A stretch of DNA of 49,544 nt, taken from IMG/VR virus record IMGVR_UViG_3300044878_000120, positions 1 to 49,544 of that record; one strand, written 5' to 3'. The notes below the pieces were generated by a model, which searched no databases, was not told where the DNA came from, and saw only the letters and a program-made list of their open reading frames with translations. This DNA comes from a virus (taxonomy: Duplodnaviria; Caudoviricetes). The first letter of the stretch is position 1; every line of letters starts with the position of its first letter. Shown here one piece after another: positions 37,095 to 45,684 of the stretch. The translations under genes were made by a program, and so were the position numbers.

Positions 37095-37154
37095 GCGCCA
37101 CGTCAACCGATGAGGTAAACCCGTGGCACAGCTCACCAACAAGGCGCCGACGCA

Positions 37155-37382
37155 ATGAAAGCGAACAACCGCGGGCTTCTGCGCCGCATCACGCTCCTCC
37201 AGGACAATGCAATAAAGATGGCGACCGCCCTGGCCTTGTCAGAGGAAGCGCTCAAGCGGGCCGAGGCTCGCATCGACACCAACACCACCAAACAGCTCCT
37301 CCTGATGGAGCGACTGATCGAAGCTGAGCAGGTCATTGAAGACTTGAACGCGAAGCTGAAAAAGAAGGGCGCACGCAAATGA
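37155..37382 (+). CDS. Hypothetical coiled-coil protein
   Basis: 75-aa ORF, ATGA overlaps at both ends. Confidence 0.6.
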   Translation: MKANNRGLLRRITLLQDNAIKMATALALSEEALKRAEARIDTNTTKQLLLMERLIEAEQVIEDLNAKLKKKGARK

Positions 37383-37603
37383 AAGGCTTTAACGGGGTAA
37401 AAGACGGGGCGAAAAAGGTAATTACCTTCGCAGTAAACAACGGCTGGCAGGTCGGCAAGACGCGCAAGAATCACTATCTATTCGAGCGCCCTGGTTGCCG
37501 CGACGTGACCTTCAGCTTGACCACCAGCGATTACCGCGCCGCGCTTAATTGCATCTCCAAACTCCGGCAGGAAGCGAAAGCTCTCAATGATCGTCCAGTT
37601 TGA
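37379..37603 (+). CDS. HicA-like (dsRBD-fold) protein
   Basis: A..NGW......KNH..F..PG...V.....SD.R pattern, 74 aa, basic. Confidence 0.6.
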   Translation: MKGFNGVKDGAKKVITFAVNNGWQVGKTRKNHYLFERPGCRDVTFSLTTSDYRAALNCISKLRQEAKALNDRPV

Positions 37604-37823
37604 TTCCAAGAACCCCACCGGCAGGCCGCTGATCCGCGGCCAGCACAACGGCAACCCGCGCTTGTGGGTCGTCAAGGTCCGCGCAGACGACCTCGAGGAC
37701 AGCCTCACCTTCACGCCGAAGGGCAAGGTTTACATCCGCGACCTGTCCGAGCTGATCGACAGCAAATTGAAGGAAGAAGGCGTCACCACTGGCCGGGTCC
37801 GCTGGACCGCCACGGCACGCTAA
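37587..37823 (+). CDS. Hypothetical protein
   Basis: 78-aa ORF in operon. Confidence 0.6.
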   Translation: MIVQFDSKNPTGRPLIRGQHNGNPRLWVVKVRADDLEDSLTFTPKGKVYIRDLSELIDSKLKEEGVTTGRVRWTATAR

Positions 37824-37842
37824 CCACCAGGAGCAAAGCAGC

Positions 37843-38430
37843 ATGAGCAAAGACACAAAAATCCTCATTCCCGAGATCCCTGGCGAGTGGACCGCCGAGC
37901 AGCGCACCCGCAGCGGTCACACCTGCATCTGGAATGACGCTTGGCACAACAGCCGCAAGGCAAACCCGCTGCCGGAAGTTCGCCTCGAGGCGCCCGAGCA
38001 AGGTCTGTTTGCGGATCGCATCGACGGTGCCTGGTACTGGGTATCTGGCTGCGCCAAGTGCACAGAAAGCGGCGAGAAGTGGAGTTACATCGTCTGCGAC
38101 AAGCACAACGTCTGCGAAGGTTGCCGCACCCACCGTCGCGACCTCACCGAGACCCCTTGGGGCACCGGCACCGGCTTTATGTGCAAGCCTTGCATGGCCG
38201 CCCGGGACAAGATCCGCCGCGACGAGGCGCTGGCAGCCGCCGCCGAGGCCGAACACTCCGAGGATGATTGCCGGTACACCGACGACATCCTTTGCCCGTA
38301 CTGCGCGACCAAGCAGAGCACCGACGACCGCCACGAGAGCGCCAAGGGCCTCGAGTGCGATACCTGCGAGGGGATCTTTGACCTCGAGGTGGAATATTCC
38401 CCCTCCTACACCACGACCAAGGCGGAATGA
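37843..38430 (+). CDS. Cys-rich multi zinc-finger phage protein
   Basis: CAKC, CDKH, CEGC, CKPC, CPYC, CDTC; AGGAG RBS. Confidence 0.75.
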   Translation: MSKDTKILIPEIPGEWTAEQRTRSGHTCIWNDAWHNSRKANPLPEVRLEAPEQGLFADRIDGAWYWVSGCAKCTESGEKWSYIVCDKHNVCEGCRTHRRDLTETPWGTGTGFMCKPCMAARDKIRRDEALAAAAEAEHSEDDCRYTDDILCPYCATKQSTDDRHESAKGLECDTCEGIFDLEVEYSPSYTTTKAE

Positions 38431-38909
38431 CCATGAGTCTCGAGCAGCAGATCCGCGAGCTGCACGCCAAAGGCACCGCGCGCAGCGTCGCCACCGAGTT
38501 GCTGGGGCTCAACCGCTACAGCTTCGCCGACATCCTGGAGACGATGGGCCTCACCTGGCCGAACAAGAATGCCGCCAGGGTCGTCGAGATCGACGGTATC
38601 AGCGACACCATCAAACGCCACGCCGAGCGCATCGGCATTGCGACGGAAACGCTGCGCTGGCGAATGAGCAACGGCTTCGAGGCCAGCGCCCCGAAGAACC
38701 GCCGAGAGATCACTCGAGCGGACGCCGAGCGCTTTGTCAGCCTGCGCAAGGAAGGCGTCCCGTCATGGGATGCCGCCCAGCGCATCGGTCGCACCTACCG
38801 CAGCGCGCATGCCGCGGCAATCAGGTTTTGCCCTGGTTACCTCGAACTGTCCGCCAAAACCCCACGAATCCGCCGCACCAAAGCCCAGTTAAAAGGAGAG
38901 ACCCAATGA
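38427..38909 (+). CDS. Putative multi-HTH DNA-binding protein
   Basis: HTH-like segments (VATELLGLNR; HAERIGIATETLRWR; AAQRIGRT). Confidence 0.6.
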   Translation: MTMSLEQQIRELHAKGTARSVATELLGLNRYSFADILETMGLTWPNKNAARVVEIDGISDTIKRHAERIGIATETLRWRMSNGFEASAPKNRREITRADAERFVSLRKEGVPSWDAAQRIGRTYRSAHAAAIRFCPGYLELSAKTPRIRRTKAQLKGETQ

Positions 38910-39310
38910 CCCTCAGCGCTCACAACGAATTCGCCCGCACCGTCGCCCAGGCGCCCTATTCGGTCATTGGCCGCAACCGCATCGACATCGACCGCAGCCA
39001 GGTCGTCGCCTACCAGGCAAGCGACAAATACGTCTTTGCGCTCATGCTGGACGGCAAGCAGCACTTGCTCGACACCACCATCAAGGCGCTGATGGAGTTC
39101 AACCCGGACATGATCGAGGTGCGCCGCGGCACCATCGTCGACGCGACCAAGATCGAGCACGTCGAGCACGTCCACAAGCACAAGCCCTACCGGGTCGCCG
39201 TCCAGGGCGGATGGATCCTTATCTCATCGCGCCGCCAATACGCGAAACACCGTAAACACTTTCCCTTGCGAGTTCGTCAGTCAAAGTCAACAAATGCACC
39301 TAAAGGGTAA
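38906..39310 (+). CDS. Stand-alone LytTR DNA-binding domain protein
   Basis: I....V..YQASDKYV, TIKAL, .EVRRG.IV, I.SRR; ATG 38906 after AGGAG. Confidence 0.78.
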   Translation: MTLSAHNEFARTVAQAPYSVIGRNRIDIDRSQVVAYQASDKYVFALMLDGKQHLLDTTIKALMEFNPDMIEVRRGTIVDATKIEHVEHVHKHKPYRVAVQGGWILISSRRQYAKHRKHFPLRVRQSKSTNAPKG

Positions 39311-39349
39311 TTTTCTATAGCGCGCCGAATGGCGGTTTGCGATGATAAG

Positions 39350-39376
39350 ACGCCAGGCCAATCAGCCTGGCGTTTT
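39350..39376 (+). terminator. Intrinsic terminator
   Basis: ACGCCAGGC/GCCTGGCGT stem then T-run. Confidence 0.7.
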
Positions 39377-39402
39377 CGTATCCAGCCACCAGGAACCCCC
39401 GC

Positions 39403-39771
39403 ATGACCGCCGTCACCGAGACCCCTTGCCCGCTTTGCCGCTACCCGTTCGACCAGGACGCCCTTGGCGTTTACGGCTGCCCCAACTGTGAAGGCGAAGG
39501 CTTGCACGTCCACAGCGCGACCAGGCGGGCCGCGGATTCGATCCGCTACATCCTCCGCGAGCTGTTCGCCGACCTCCGGCACGCCTTCCCTTATCTCCTG
39601 GTCGCCATCCTGGTCTCGACCGTGTTCACCGCCATCATCACCAGGCTCCTCAGCGACAGCTCGCTCGCCAGGATCCTCTGCGTCGTCGCCTCGATGGTCC
39701 TTGCGATGGCTATACCCTCGCGGGCCTCGCGGGATCGCCGCGCGGTAAAAAAACATACTAAAAACGCTTGA
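39403..39771 (+). CDS. Zn-ribbon plus two-TM membrane protein
   Basis: CPLC...CPNC followed by two hydrophobic helices. Confidence 0.6.
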   Translation: MTAVTETPCPLCRYPFDQDALGVYGCPNCEGEGLHVHSATRRAADSIRYILRELFADLRHAFPYLLVAILVSTVFTAIITRLLSDSSLARILCVVASMVLAMAIPSRASRDRRAVKKHTKNA

Positions 39772-39796
39772 TATATACCTCACAGGTAAATATAGT
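39768..39796 (+). promoter_or_regulatory. Sigma70 promoter TTGATA-N17-TATAGT with perfect operator TACCT-CAC-AGGTA (39776-39788)
   Basis: Same geometry as 37066 promoter. Confidence 0.85.
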
Positions 39797-39854
39797 GTGC
39801 GCCATCGGGACGCAAGCAGCGGCCCGAACCCACCAAGACCAAAGGAATACCGTT

Positions 39855-40343
39855 ATGTCCGCATCGTCCGCTTCCCTGCACCCTTTCGCTAACGCCCTGG
39901 CCGACGCTCTCAAAGAAATCCTCGGCAAAGACGCCGGCGTCAAGGTCTCCGTCCAGCAAGCAGGCGAAACCGCGCACGCTTCCAAGCCAGCCGAGACCAT
40001 CCCGGCTGATCTCCTGGCCGGCATCCTGGCTGGCAATGTCGGCGTAATGGCCATCGAGCAGTTCGACAATGTGGCCGCGGCCAATTCCGAGATCGTCCGC
40101 CTCAACATCAAAGGCATCTCCCTGGCCGGCGAATACTTCGGCGCTACCCAGGACAACGCGAAGCTGCGCACCCAGGTCGCTCGCCACAAGGCCGCATCCG
40201 CTCGCTCTCAGGCCCAGGCCAAGATGCTCGCCGAGCTGACCAAGCGCATCCTCGCCGGCGAAAGCACCCAGGCCGAGCGCAACCTGGCGCTGGAGACCAT
40301 CAGCGCCATCGAAGTCGCCGCCGCCGCCGTCAGCATTCATTAA
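39855..40343 (+). CDS. Hypothetical Ala-rich helical protein
   Basis: ATG 39855 after AAGGA; the TTG at 39768 is the -35 box. Confidence 0.7.
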   Translation: MSASSASLHPFANALADALKEILGKDAGVKVSVQQAGETAHASKPAETIPADLLAGILAGNVGVMAIEQFDNVAAANSEIVRLNIKGISLAGEYFGATQDNAKLRTQVARHKAASARSQAQAKMLAELTKRILAGESTQAERNLALETISAIEVAAAAVSIH

Positions 40344-40463
40344 GTACCCGGGTACTCAGTTACCCAGTTACTCAAGTAAGTAGGTACTCAATTACTCGAG
40401 TACCCATTTACTTAGCTACCCAATTACCTAGTTACTCAATTGAGTAATTACCCGCTTACCCAA
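40344..40463. repeat. Array of 15 contiguous 8-bp units, consensus (T/G)TAC(C/T)CA(A/G); centromere-like
   Basis: gtacccgg gtactcag ttacccag ttactcaa gtaagtag gtactcaa ttactcga gtacccat ttacttag ctacccaa ttacctag ttactcaa ttgagtaa ttacccgc ttacccaa; units 5 and 13 inverted. Confidence 0.9.
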
Positions 40464-40466
40464 CCT

Positions 40467-40491
40467 GGCCGCCTTCGGGCGGTCTCTTTTT
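40467..40491 (+). terminator. Intrinsic terminator
   Basis: GGCCGCC-TTCG-GGCGGTC stem-loop then TCTTTTT. Confidence 0.8.
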
Positions 40492-40503
40492 GAGGCCAGA
40501 TCC

Positions 40504-40767
40504 ATGAAAAGCGTCGCCTTTGCCCTTATCGCCCTTGGCATTGCCGCCCAGGCCCAGGCCGTGACCGTTGTTGTCGCTCGCCCGGTCATCGTCTCCCGCC
40601 CGGCCGTTGTATCTCGCCCAGCGGCTCCTGCGCCTGCGCCACACGTCGAGGCCGCGCCAGTGGTACGTCCGGCCACCATCGCCCCGGCACGCACCATCGT
40701 CATCCCGCCCGTCGTCACCTCGAGCCAGCGCTGCGACGACGACAAGCGCAAGAACAACGACTGCTAA
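40504..40767 (+). CDS. Small exported Pro/Val-rich protein
   Basis: Signal peptide MKS...AQA; RPxxV repeats; C-terminal Cys pair. Confidence 0.65.
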   Translation: MKSVAFALIALGIAAQAQAVTVVVARPVIVSRPAVVSRPAAPAPAPHVEAAPVVRPATIAPARTIVIPPVVTSSQRCDDDKRKNNDC

Positions 40768-40794
40768 GCCGTCACCCACCAGGATCGACCACGC

Positions 40795-41214
40795 ATGATC
40801 ATCAAGACCCCACTCGGCCCGGATCACTACCGCTACCGAGAAACCGCCGAGGAAGAAGGCGTCATGCTCACTTGCGAGCGTTACGTCGTCGTCCAGGAGA
40901 CCCCCAAAGGCTACTGGGTCGTGCGTGACTACTACATCGGCGGCTACTGGGGGCCGGCAACCATCAAGAACGTGCGCAAGTTCGTTCTCAAGGACTCGCT
41001 CCGGCGCTTCTGCTACCCGACCCCCAAGGAGGCGCTCGGCTCGTTCCTGGCGCGCAAGAAGAAACACATGCGCCACATCAACTACGCCCTCGCCCTGGCC
41101 GAGACATCGCTGGCCAAGGCCGCAGAACTGATCCTCGCGGAGACCTACCCGACCGAGGAGATCAATTGCGGGCGGCCCGACTACTTCGACAACCTGAATT
41201 TCGCAGACTGCTAG
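40795..41214 (+). CDS. Hypothetical phage protein
   Basis: 139-aa ORF with VV.ETPKGYW motif. Confidence 0.7.
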   Translation: MIIKTPLGPDHYRYRETAEEEGVMLTCERYVVVQETPKGYWVVRDYYIGGYWGPATIKNVRKFVLKDSLRRFCYPTPKEALGSFLARKKKHMRHINYALALAETSLAKAAELILAETYPTEEINCGRPDYFDNLNFADC

Positions 41215-41226
41215 GAGATCCGCACC

Positions 41227-41571
41227 ATGAGCGTCCAAAGCAACACTTACGTCATCGTCGGCGTAAAGCTCGAGTACGAGCACTTCAGCGAGGAGCAGGA
41301 GGAAGACCTGCTCGAGCCGTACAAAGACAGCGCTTATAGCGGCATCCATCACCACAACGGCCTTTGCGTGATCTCGGACGGCATGAGCGGCAACTACATC
41401 ATCGCCGGCCGTGTCCTGGCGAAGTCCGTCGACGAGCGCGGCGAAGGTATCGACATGACCGAATGCGATACCAGCCCCGAGCTGTTCGCCGAGGTCGCCG
41501 GCCTGCTCACCGAACACCTCAGCATCGAAAACCCCGAAGTCCAGGTGCTGGCCTTCACGCACTACCGCTAA
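41227..41571 (+). CDS. Hypothetical acidic phage protein
   Basis: AGGAG RBS, 114 aa. Confidence 0.75.
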   Translation: MSVQSNTYVIVGVKLEYEHFSEEQEEDLLEPYKDSAYSGIHHHNGLCVISDGMSGNYIIAGRVLAKSVDERGEGIDMTECDTSPELFAEVAGLLTEHLSIENPEVQVLAFTHYR

Positions 41572-41622
41572 TCAACACCGACGCCTTGCCGGCCGCAGGG
41601 CAACCTCAGAAGGAAATGGAAA

Positions 41623-42213
41623 TTGGCATCACTAATCCTCATCGGCATCACGCTGTTGAACCTCGGCATCAGTTGGTGGAACTGTAAGGTTGTCGGCTCC
41701 ATCTGGCGCGAAACCAAAGAGTTCGGCGGATTCATGCGCGTCCTCGCCTGGTGCGGCGCCATTCAGGCCGCAGTCGGCTTCAGCTCCGTGCTGATCCTGG
41801 TCGGCGTGTTCACCAGCTACGCGACCGGCTTCCTGCCCAAGGAGTACGCCGAGGCCGCGGTCAGCTTGTGGTATCTCCTGATCATCGTCCCAGCCCTCGG
41901 CACCGGCCTGGTCATCACCGTGCACTCGCTGATCGAAGCCTGGCGCGAGCGCAACATGGCCGCCATCGGCACCGCAGCCTGGAACCTGTTCGCTACCGGC
42001 ACCAACTTCTACAGCGCAGCCAGCAACGTGCCGGACTCCTTCGGCAAGGTCTCGAACCTGTTCGGCGGCGACAAAGACGACCAGAAAGTGGCCTTTGTCC
42101 TCCTCCTGGTAACGGTGGCCATCGCCGGCGGCGCCCTGATCACCTGGTTGCTGATCAGCCACTACGCCAAGCAGGCACGCCTCAGCCCGATCCCGCAGGC
42201 CGCTCACGCCTAA
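41623..42213 (+). CDS. Multi-pass membrane protein
   Basis: About four hydrophobic helices; TTG start. Confidence 0.72.
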   Translation: MASLILIGITLLNLGISWWNCKVVGSIWRETKEFGGFMRVLAWCGAIQAAVGFSSVLILVGVFTSYATGFLPKEYAEAAVSLWYLLIIVPALGTGLVITVHSLIEAWRERNMAAIGTAAWNLFATGTNFYSAASNVPDSFGKVSNLFGGDKDDQKVAFVLLLVTVAIAGGALITWLLISHYAKQARLSPIPQAAHA

Positions 42214-42258
42214 CTTCAACCAGGGCGGCTCCGGTCGCCCATCCACCGAGCGCAACAC

Positions 42259-42585
42259 ATGCAAACCTTCAAGCTCCTCGCCATGATCATCATTGCCGCG
42301 GTCGCGGTCGCCGTGTTGTCCGCCTGTGACGAGCACGACCAGGACTACAACCAGCGACACAACGCAAGCCCGGTAAGCCTGGCCGACTCCAGCACCAACT
42401 CGGCCCGCTTCACCGTCGTCCGCGTCGCCGTATTCCGCGACAAGCTGGCCTATGAAGGCAAGCGCGGCATTTACACCATCACCGACACCACCACCGGCAA
42501 GGAAATGCTCGGCATCAGCGGGGTCGGCATCAGCGATCTCGGCTTGCACAGCAGCGGCAAAACATCCACCACCGACGAACGATAA
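42259..42585 (+). CDS. Putative lipoprotein
   Basis: Signal peptide with lipobox LSA-C. Confidence 0.75.
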   Translation: MQTFKLLAMIIIAAVAVAVLSACDEHDQDYNQRHNASPVSLADSSTNSARFTVVRVAVFRDKLAYEGKRGIYTITDTTTGKEMLGISGVGISDLGLHSSGKTSTTDER

Positions 42586-42596
42586 GGACCAACACC

Positions 42597-42995
42597 ATGA
42601 GCATGACCCCACAGCAAGCCATCCGCTACATCATCCTGGCCCGCTACGAGTCCGAAGGTCTCGCGACCGACCTCACCGGCGAGCAGGTTGATATGTTTTT
42701 CGACAACCATCCGCAGCGCGACAACCAGCTCCTGGATATTCGCAACGAAGTCCGCGAAGGCGAGCACGAAACCACCATCCCGAGCCCGAGCAGTCGCCAT
42801 TACGACACCCAGTCGGTCGCGGCCCAGGCACCGAATGGCCAGTGGGTCGGCTGGACCTACTGGACCGGCGGCGGCAAGTTCGGCAACCCCGAGGAGGTCG
42901 AGTGGATCGCCCACGCCTATTTCCTGGACTGCCAGGAGGAGGAGGTCAAAACCATCCGCCGCACCTTCACCTTGCCAGCACAGGCGGCCGAATAA
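42597..42995 (+). CDS. Hypothetical phage protein
   Basis: AAGGA RBS; SRHY...WVGWTYW.GGGK motif. Confidence 0.75.
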   Translation: MSMTPQQAIRYIILARYESEGLATDLTGEQVDMFFDNHPQRDNQLLDIRNEVREGEHETTIPSPSSRHYDTQSVAAQAPNGQWVGWTYWTGGGKFGNPEEVEWIAHAYFLDCQEEEVKTIRRTFTLPAQAAE

Positions 42996-43591
42996 TGCCG
43001 ACCGGATATACAGAAGCCATCTCCAAGGGCATCAGCTTCAACCAGTACGCACTGGACTGCGCTCGAGCGTTTGGCGCTACCGTCCCCCTGCGCGACCACC
43101 CAGGCGGCGGCGAGATCATCCCGGAGAAGTTCGAGCCGAGCGATTACCACACCCGCAAGCTGGCCGAGGCGCAGCAGTTCCTGGCCGGCCTCGAGGCGAT
43201 GGACGACCAGGCGCGTGACGCGAGCTATTGCAGGGACTACCGCCATGCCGAGGAATTCCGCCTCAATGGGCTCGCCAGGATCAAGGAGCTGCGCGAAAAG
43301 TATGAGGCCATGCTCAAGCAGGTCGAAGCCTGGACGCCGCCGAGCGACGATCACAGCAACCTCAAGCAGTTCATGCGCAGCCAGATCCTGGACAGCGTGC
43401 GGGTTGACTGTAACGACGCCTACTACCAGACGCCTACACCAGTGATCAGCCCGGCGGAATGGCTCGCGGAAAAGAAGGCGCACGCCCAGCGCGACATCGA
43501 GTACCACACCAAACAACAGGCCGAAGAAGTAGCCCGAACGGACGGCCGAAACGAGTGGATTAAACAGCTCCGTGAAAGCCTCAAAACTTGA
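42995..43591 (+). CDS. Hypothetical phage protein (MPTGYT N-terminus)
   Basis: TAATG overlap; 198 aa helical. Confidence 0.75.
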   Translation: MPTGYTEAISKGISFNQYALDCARAFGATVPLRDHPGGGEIIPEKFEPSDYHTRKLAEAQQFLAGLEAMDDQARDASYCRDYRHAEEFRLNGLARIKELREKYEAMLKQVEAWTPPSDDHSNLKQFMRSQILDSVRVDCNDAYYQTPTPVISPAEWLAEKKAHAQRDIEYHTKQQAEEVARTDGRNEWIKQLRESLKT

Positions 43592-43645
43592 GCTACATTC
43601 ACCCTAAGACCGAACCAAATTAACCCGTAAAGTAAGGTAATCAAC

Positions 43646-43849
43646 ATGAAGCCACTGATCATCGCCCTGCTACTGACCACCCTCGCCGGCTGTTCATCCA
43701 CCCCGCGCATGAGCAACGACGCAATCATTGCCGAGGCCATGAAATGCGAGCAGGTCGGGCTTCCTTGGCGTCAAGTTTTCAATGCCTATGACGGGTCGGT
43801 CGTCGACGTGTATTGCACCCCGCATTTGCCGGATCGTTCGTCGAAATAG
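43646..43849 (+). CDS. Small lipoprotein
   Basis: Lipobox LAG-C; two further Cys. Confidence 0.72.
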   Translation: MKPLIIALLLTTLAGCSSTPRMSNDAIIAEAMKCEQVGLPWRQVFNAYDGSVVDVYCTPHLPDRSSK

Positions 43850-43876
43850 CAGGGTAAAGAAACCCTCAAAACAGAT

Positions 43877-43889
43877 TACTTCTGAGATA
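43877..43889. promoter_or_regulatory. Degenerate operator TACTT-CTG-AGATA
   Basis: Two mismatches to consensus; AT-rich intergenic gap. Confidence 0.45.
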
Positions 43890-43904
43890 ATCAATTCACC
43901 TACC

Positions 43905-43928
43905 AAGGGCGGCTTATGTCGCCCTTTT
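43905..43928 (+). terminator. Terminator-like hairpin
   Basis: AAGGGCGGC/GTCGCCCTT stem ending in T4. Confidence 0.55.
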
Positions 43929-43944
43929 CTATGGAGAGAACCCC

Positions 43945-44250
43945 ATGCTTTACATCATCGCCGCCAACCTTGGCCAGGCCAGAAAATTCGCCACCGATAG
44001 CGGCTTTGAGCCCTGCGAGTGGACCTATCTGCACTCGACGTACCAACTGCGCGGCATCGAGCGCCCGGCCGTTCTACGGCACACCAGCGCCCGGGAGCGC
44101 GACAACATTGACGAGCTCAATCAGGCAATCGCCCTGGCATACCCGGAGCGCCGCCACGAGACGACCATCACCCCGGCGGACATGCTCCGCCTGGATCTTT
44201 GCGTCGCCGGCGCGGATGGTCGCGAGCACACCACCCACATCATCCACTAA
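43945..44250 (+). CDS. Hypothetical protein
   Basis: GGAGA RBS, 101 aa. Confidence 0.65.
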   Translation: MLYIIAANLGQARKFATDSGFEPCEWTYLHSTYQLRGIERPAVLRHTSARERDNIDELNQAIALAYPERRHETTITPADMLRLDLCVAGADGREHTTHIIH

Positions 44251-44264
44251 CCAGGAGCGAACCC

Positions 44265-44861
44265 TTGCACCAGTTCACCGGCAAGCACCCGATCCACGAG
44301 CAGACCCAGACCGAAGGCAAGCCGCGCGGCTCAGCGTTCGACAAGCCGCTCCACCCGCTGCACACCCAGGAGATGGTCGACCAGATCAACCAGCAACTGG
44401 TCGGCGGCTATGCCTGGCACCACCACCGGCGCCAGGGCAAGAGCACCGCGGCAGCCCTGAAGTACATCGCCAAGGCCGTCGAGCACCCAGGCGTGCCGAT
44501 CATCCTCCTCGACCACTACGGCACCTCGCAGTCGAACCAGCACCTTTCGCGCATGGTCGTCGACCTGATCCACAAGCTCGATCTCCAGCACATGCACGTC
44601 AGCCGCAACCGGCAAGGCAATTTCAGCCTGGTTTTCGGCAAGGAGCTGAAGAATCCGCCGGAGCCAGCCAAGGACGCCGGAACCTACGTCACCATCGTCG
44701 CCGGCAGTGACTTCGAGCGCGGCCGCCTGACCCTCAGCAGCTCGATGAGCCTGGACGGCATCATCACCGTCGTCAGCAACCGCGCCGTCGAGCTCGAGGA
44801 CCGCCTGTTGCGGAACAGGCTGATCAGCGAAGGCTGGACGCCACCAGGAGGCCGGGCATGA
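44265..44861 (+). CDS. Hypothetical protein with Walker-A-like RRQGKST
   Basis: TTG 44265 after AGGAG; P-loop-like motif followed by helix and hydrophobic strand ending in D. Confidence 0.62.
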   Translation: MHQFTGKHPIHEQTQTEGKPRGSAFDKPLHPLHTQEMVDQINQQLVGGYAWHHHRRQGKSTAAALKYIAKAVEHPGVPIILLDHYGTSQSNQHLSRMVVDLIHKLDLQHMHVSRNRQGNFSLVFGKELKNPPEPAKDAGTYVTIVAGSDFERGRLTLSSSMSLDGIITVVSNRAVELEDRLLRNRLISEGWTPPGGRA

Positions 44862-45355
44862 AGCGACCACGCATCAAGTTCAGTACCCAACGCGACCGGA
44901 ATGGCGTCACCCTGTTCGCCGAGACCCTGCACCAGGGCGACCTGATCACCTGCACGCAGCGCATCGGCACGACCGAGATCGCGCACAACAACCTCGGCGC
45001 CGCCTATTTGTTCCGTTTGGGCTTTCGCCAGGCCAGGCATGAAGTCCTGCGCGTCGTCGGCTCAGTCATGCACAGCGAGCACTTGTGGGAACTGGCGCGG
45101 GAGTATTACCGCCTCACCGAAACCTTCGACGTGCGCAATTGCAGCGGCCGGAATCATCGCGAGCCGCATTGCGCCATGCCGATCAATGCCCACGAGCGCG
45201 GCCGGTCCAATGGCTACGCCCAGTCGGTTATGCAGCACATGCGCGCGCGGTGCGGCGACCCGGACGAGTTCCGGCGCGTGCGCATGCAGTACCTGGATAG
45301 CGCCCAGCACCGCGAGGACATGACCGAGGTACATCGCAAGTGGGGGCGCGGATGA
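44858..45355 (+). CDS. Hypothetical protein
   Basis: ATGA-coupled 165-aa ORF. Confidence 0.65.
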   Translation: MKRPRIKFSTQRDRNGVTLFAETLHQGDLITCTQRIGTTEIAHNNLGAAYLFRLGFRQARHEVLRVVGSVMHSEHLWELAREYYRLTETFDVRNCSGRNHREPHCAMPINAHERGRSNGYAQSVMQHMRARCGDPDEFRRVRMQYLDSAQHREDMTEVHRKWGRG

Positions 45356-45453
45356 AGGTTCTGACCCTGCTTTACGCACTGGATTGCCCTATTGAGTACA
45401 TGATGCGCGCCTACCTGCGCCGCTACGCATTGAACAACGGACGGCGCCGATGA
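45352..45453 (+). CDS. 33-aa small protein (not in ORF track)
   Basis: MKVLTLLYALDCPIEYMMRAYLRRYALNNGRRR; ATGA overlaps at both ends. Confidence 0.5.
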   Translation: MKVLTLLYALDCPIEYMMRAYLRRYALNNGRRR

Positions 45454-45680
45454 GAGCGGGAGACATAACAGGGAAGGTCCGCTACCGTCGCGGATGGCTT
45501 GGCACGCTCATTGTCCAGGTCGAATATGCGACGCTCGAGAGCTACCCTGGAACAGAAGGCCGCGGCACCGATTGGCTACCGACCGGACGCGAATGGCGAG
45601 ACGCCAGGATCGAGGACTTGCCAGCCATCACTCAACCACGCATCGACGAATCACGGTGCCACCCACCACGGGAGCGATAG
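45450..45680 (+). CDS. Hypothetical phage protein
   Basis: TG.VRYR.GW.G.LI.QVE...WRDA..EDL motif. Confidence 0.68.
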   Translation: MRAGDITGKVRYRRGWLGTLIVQVEYATLESYPGTEGRGTDWLPTGREWRDARIEDLPAITQPRIDESRCHPPRER

Positions 45681-45684
45681 AACA

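Noticed and set aside
37934-39310. 458-aa ORF from the track
   Set aside because: Its 5' part overlaps two better genes; only the LytTR part from ATG 38906 has an RBS and protein-like sequence
39768-39854. N-terminal extension of the 39768 ORF
   Set aside because: The TTG is the -35 box of a clear promoter; the RBS supports ATG 39855
40344-40463. CRISPR array or replication iterons
   Set aside because: Units are 8 bp and contiguous with no unique spacers; iterons are typically about 17-22 bp, and no rep or cas gene is adjacent
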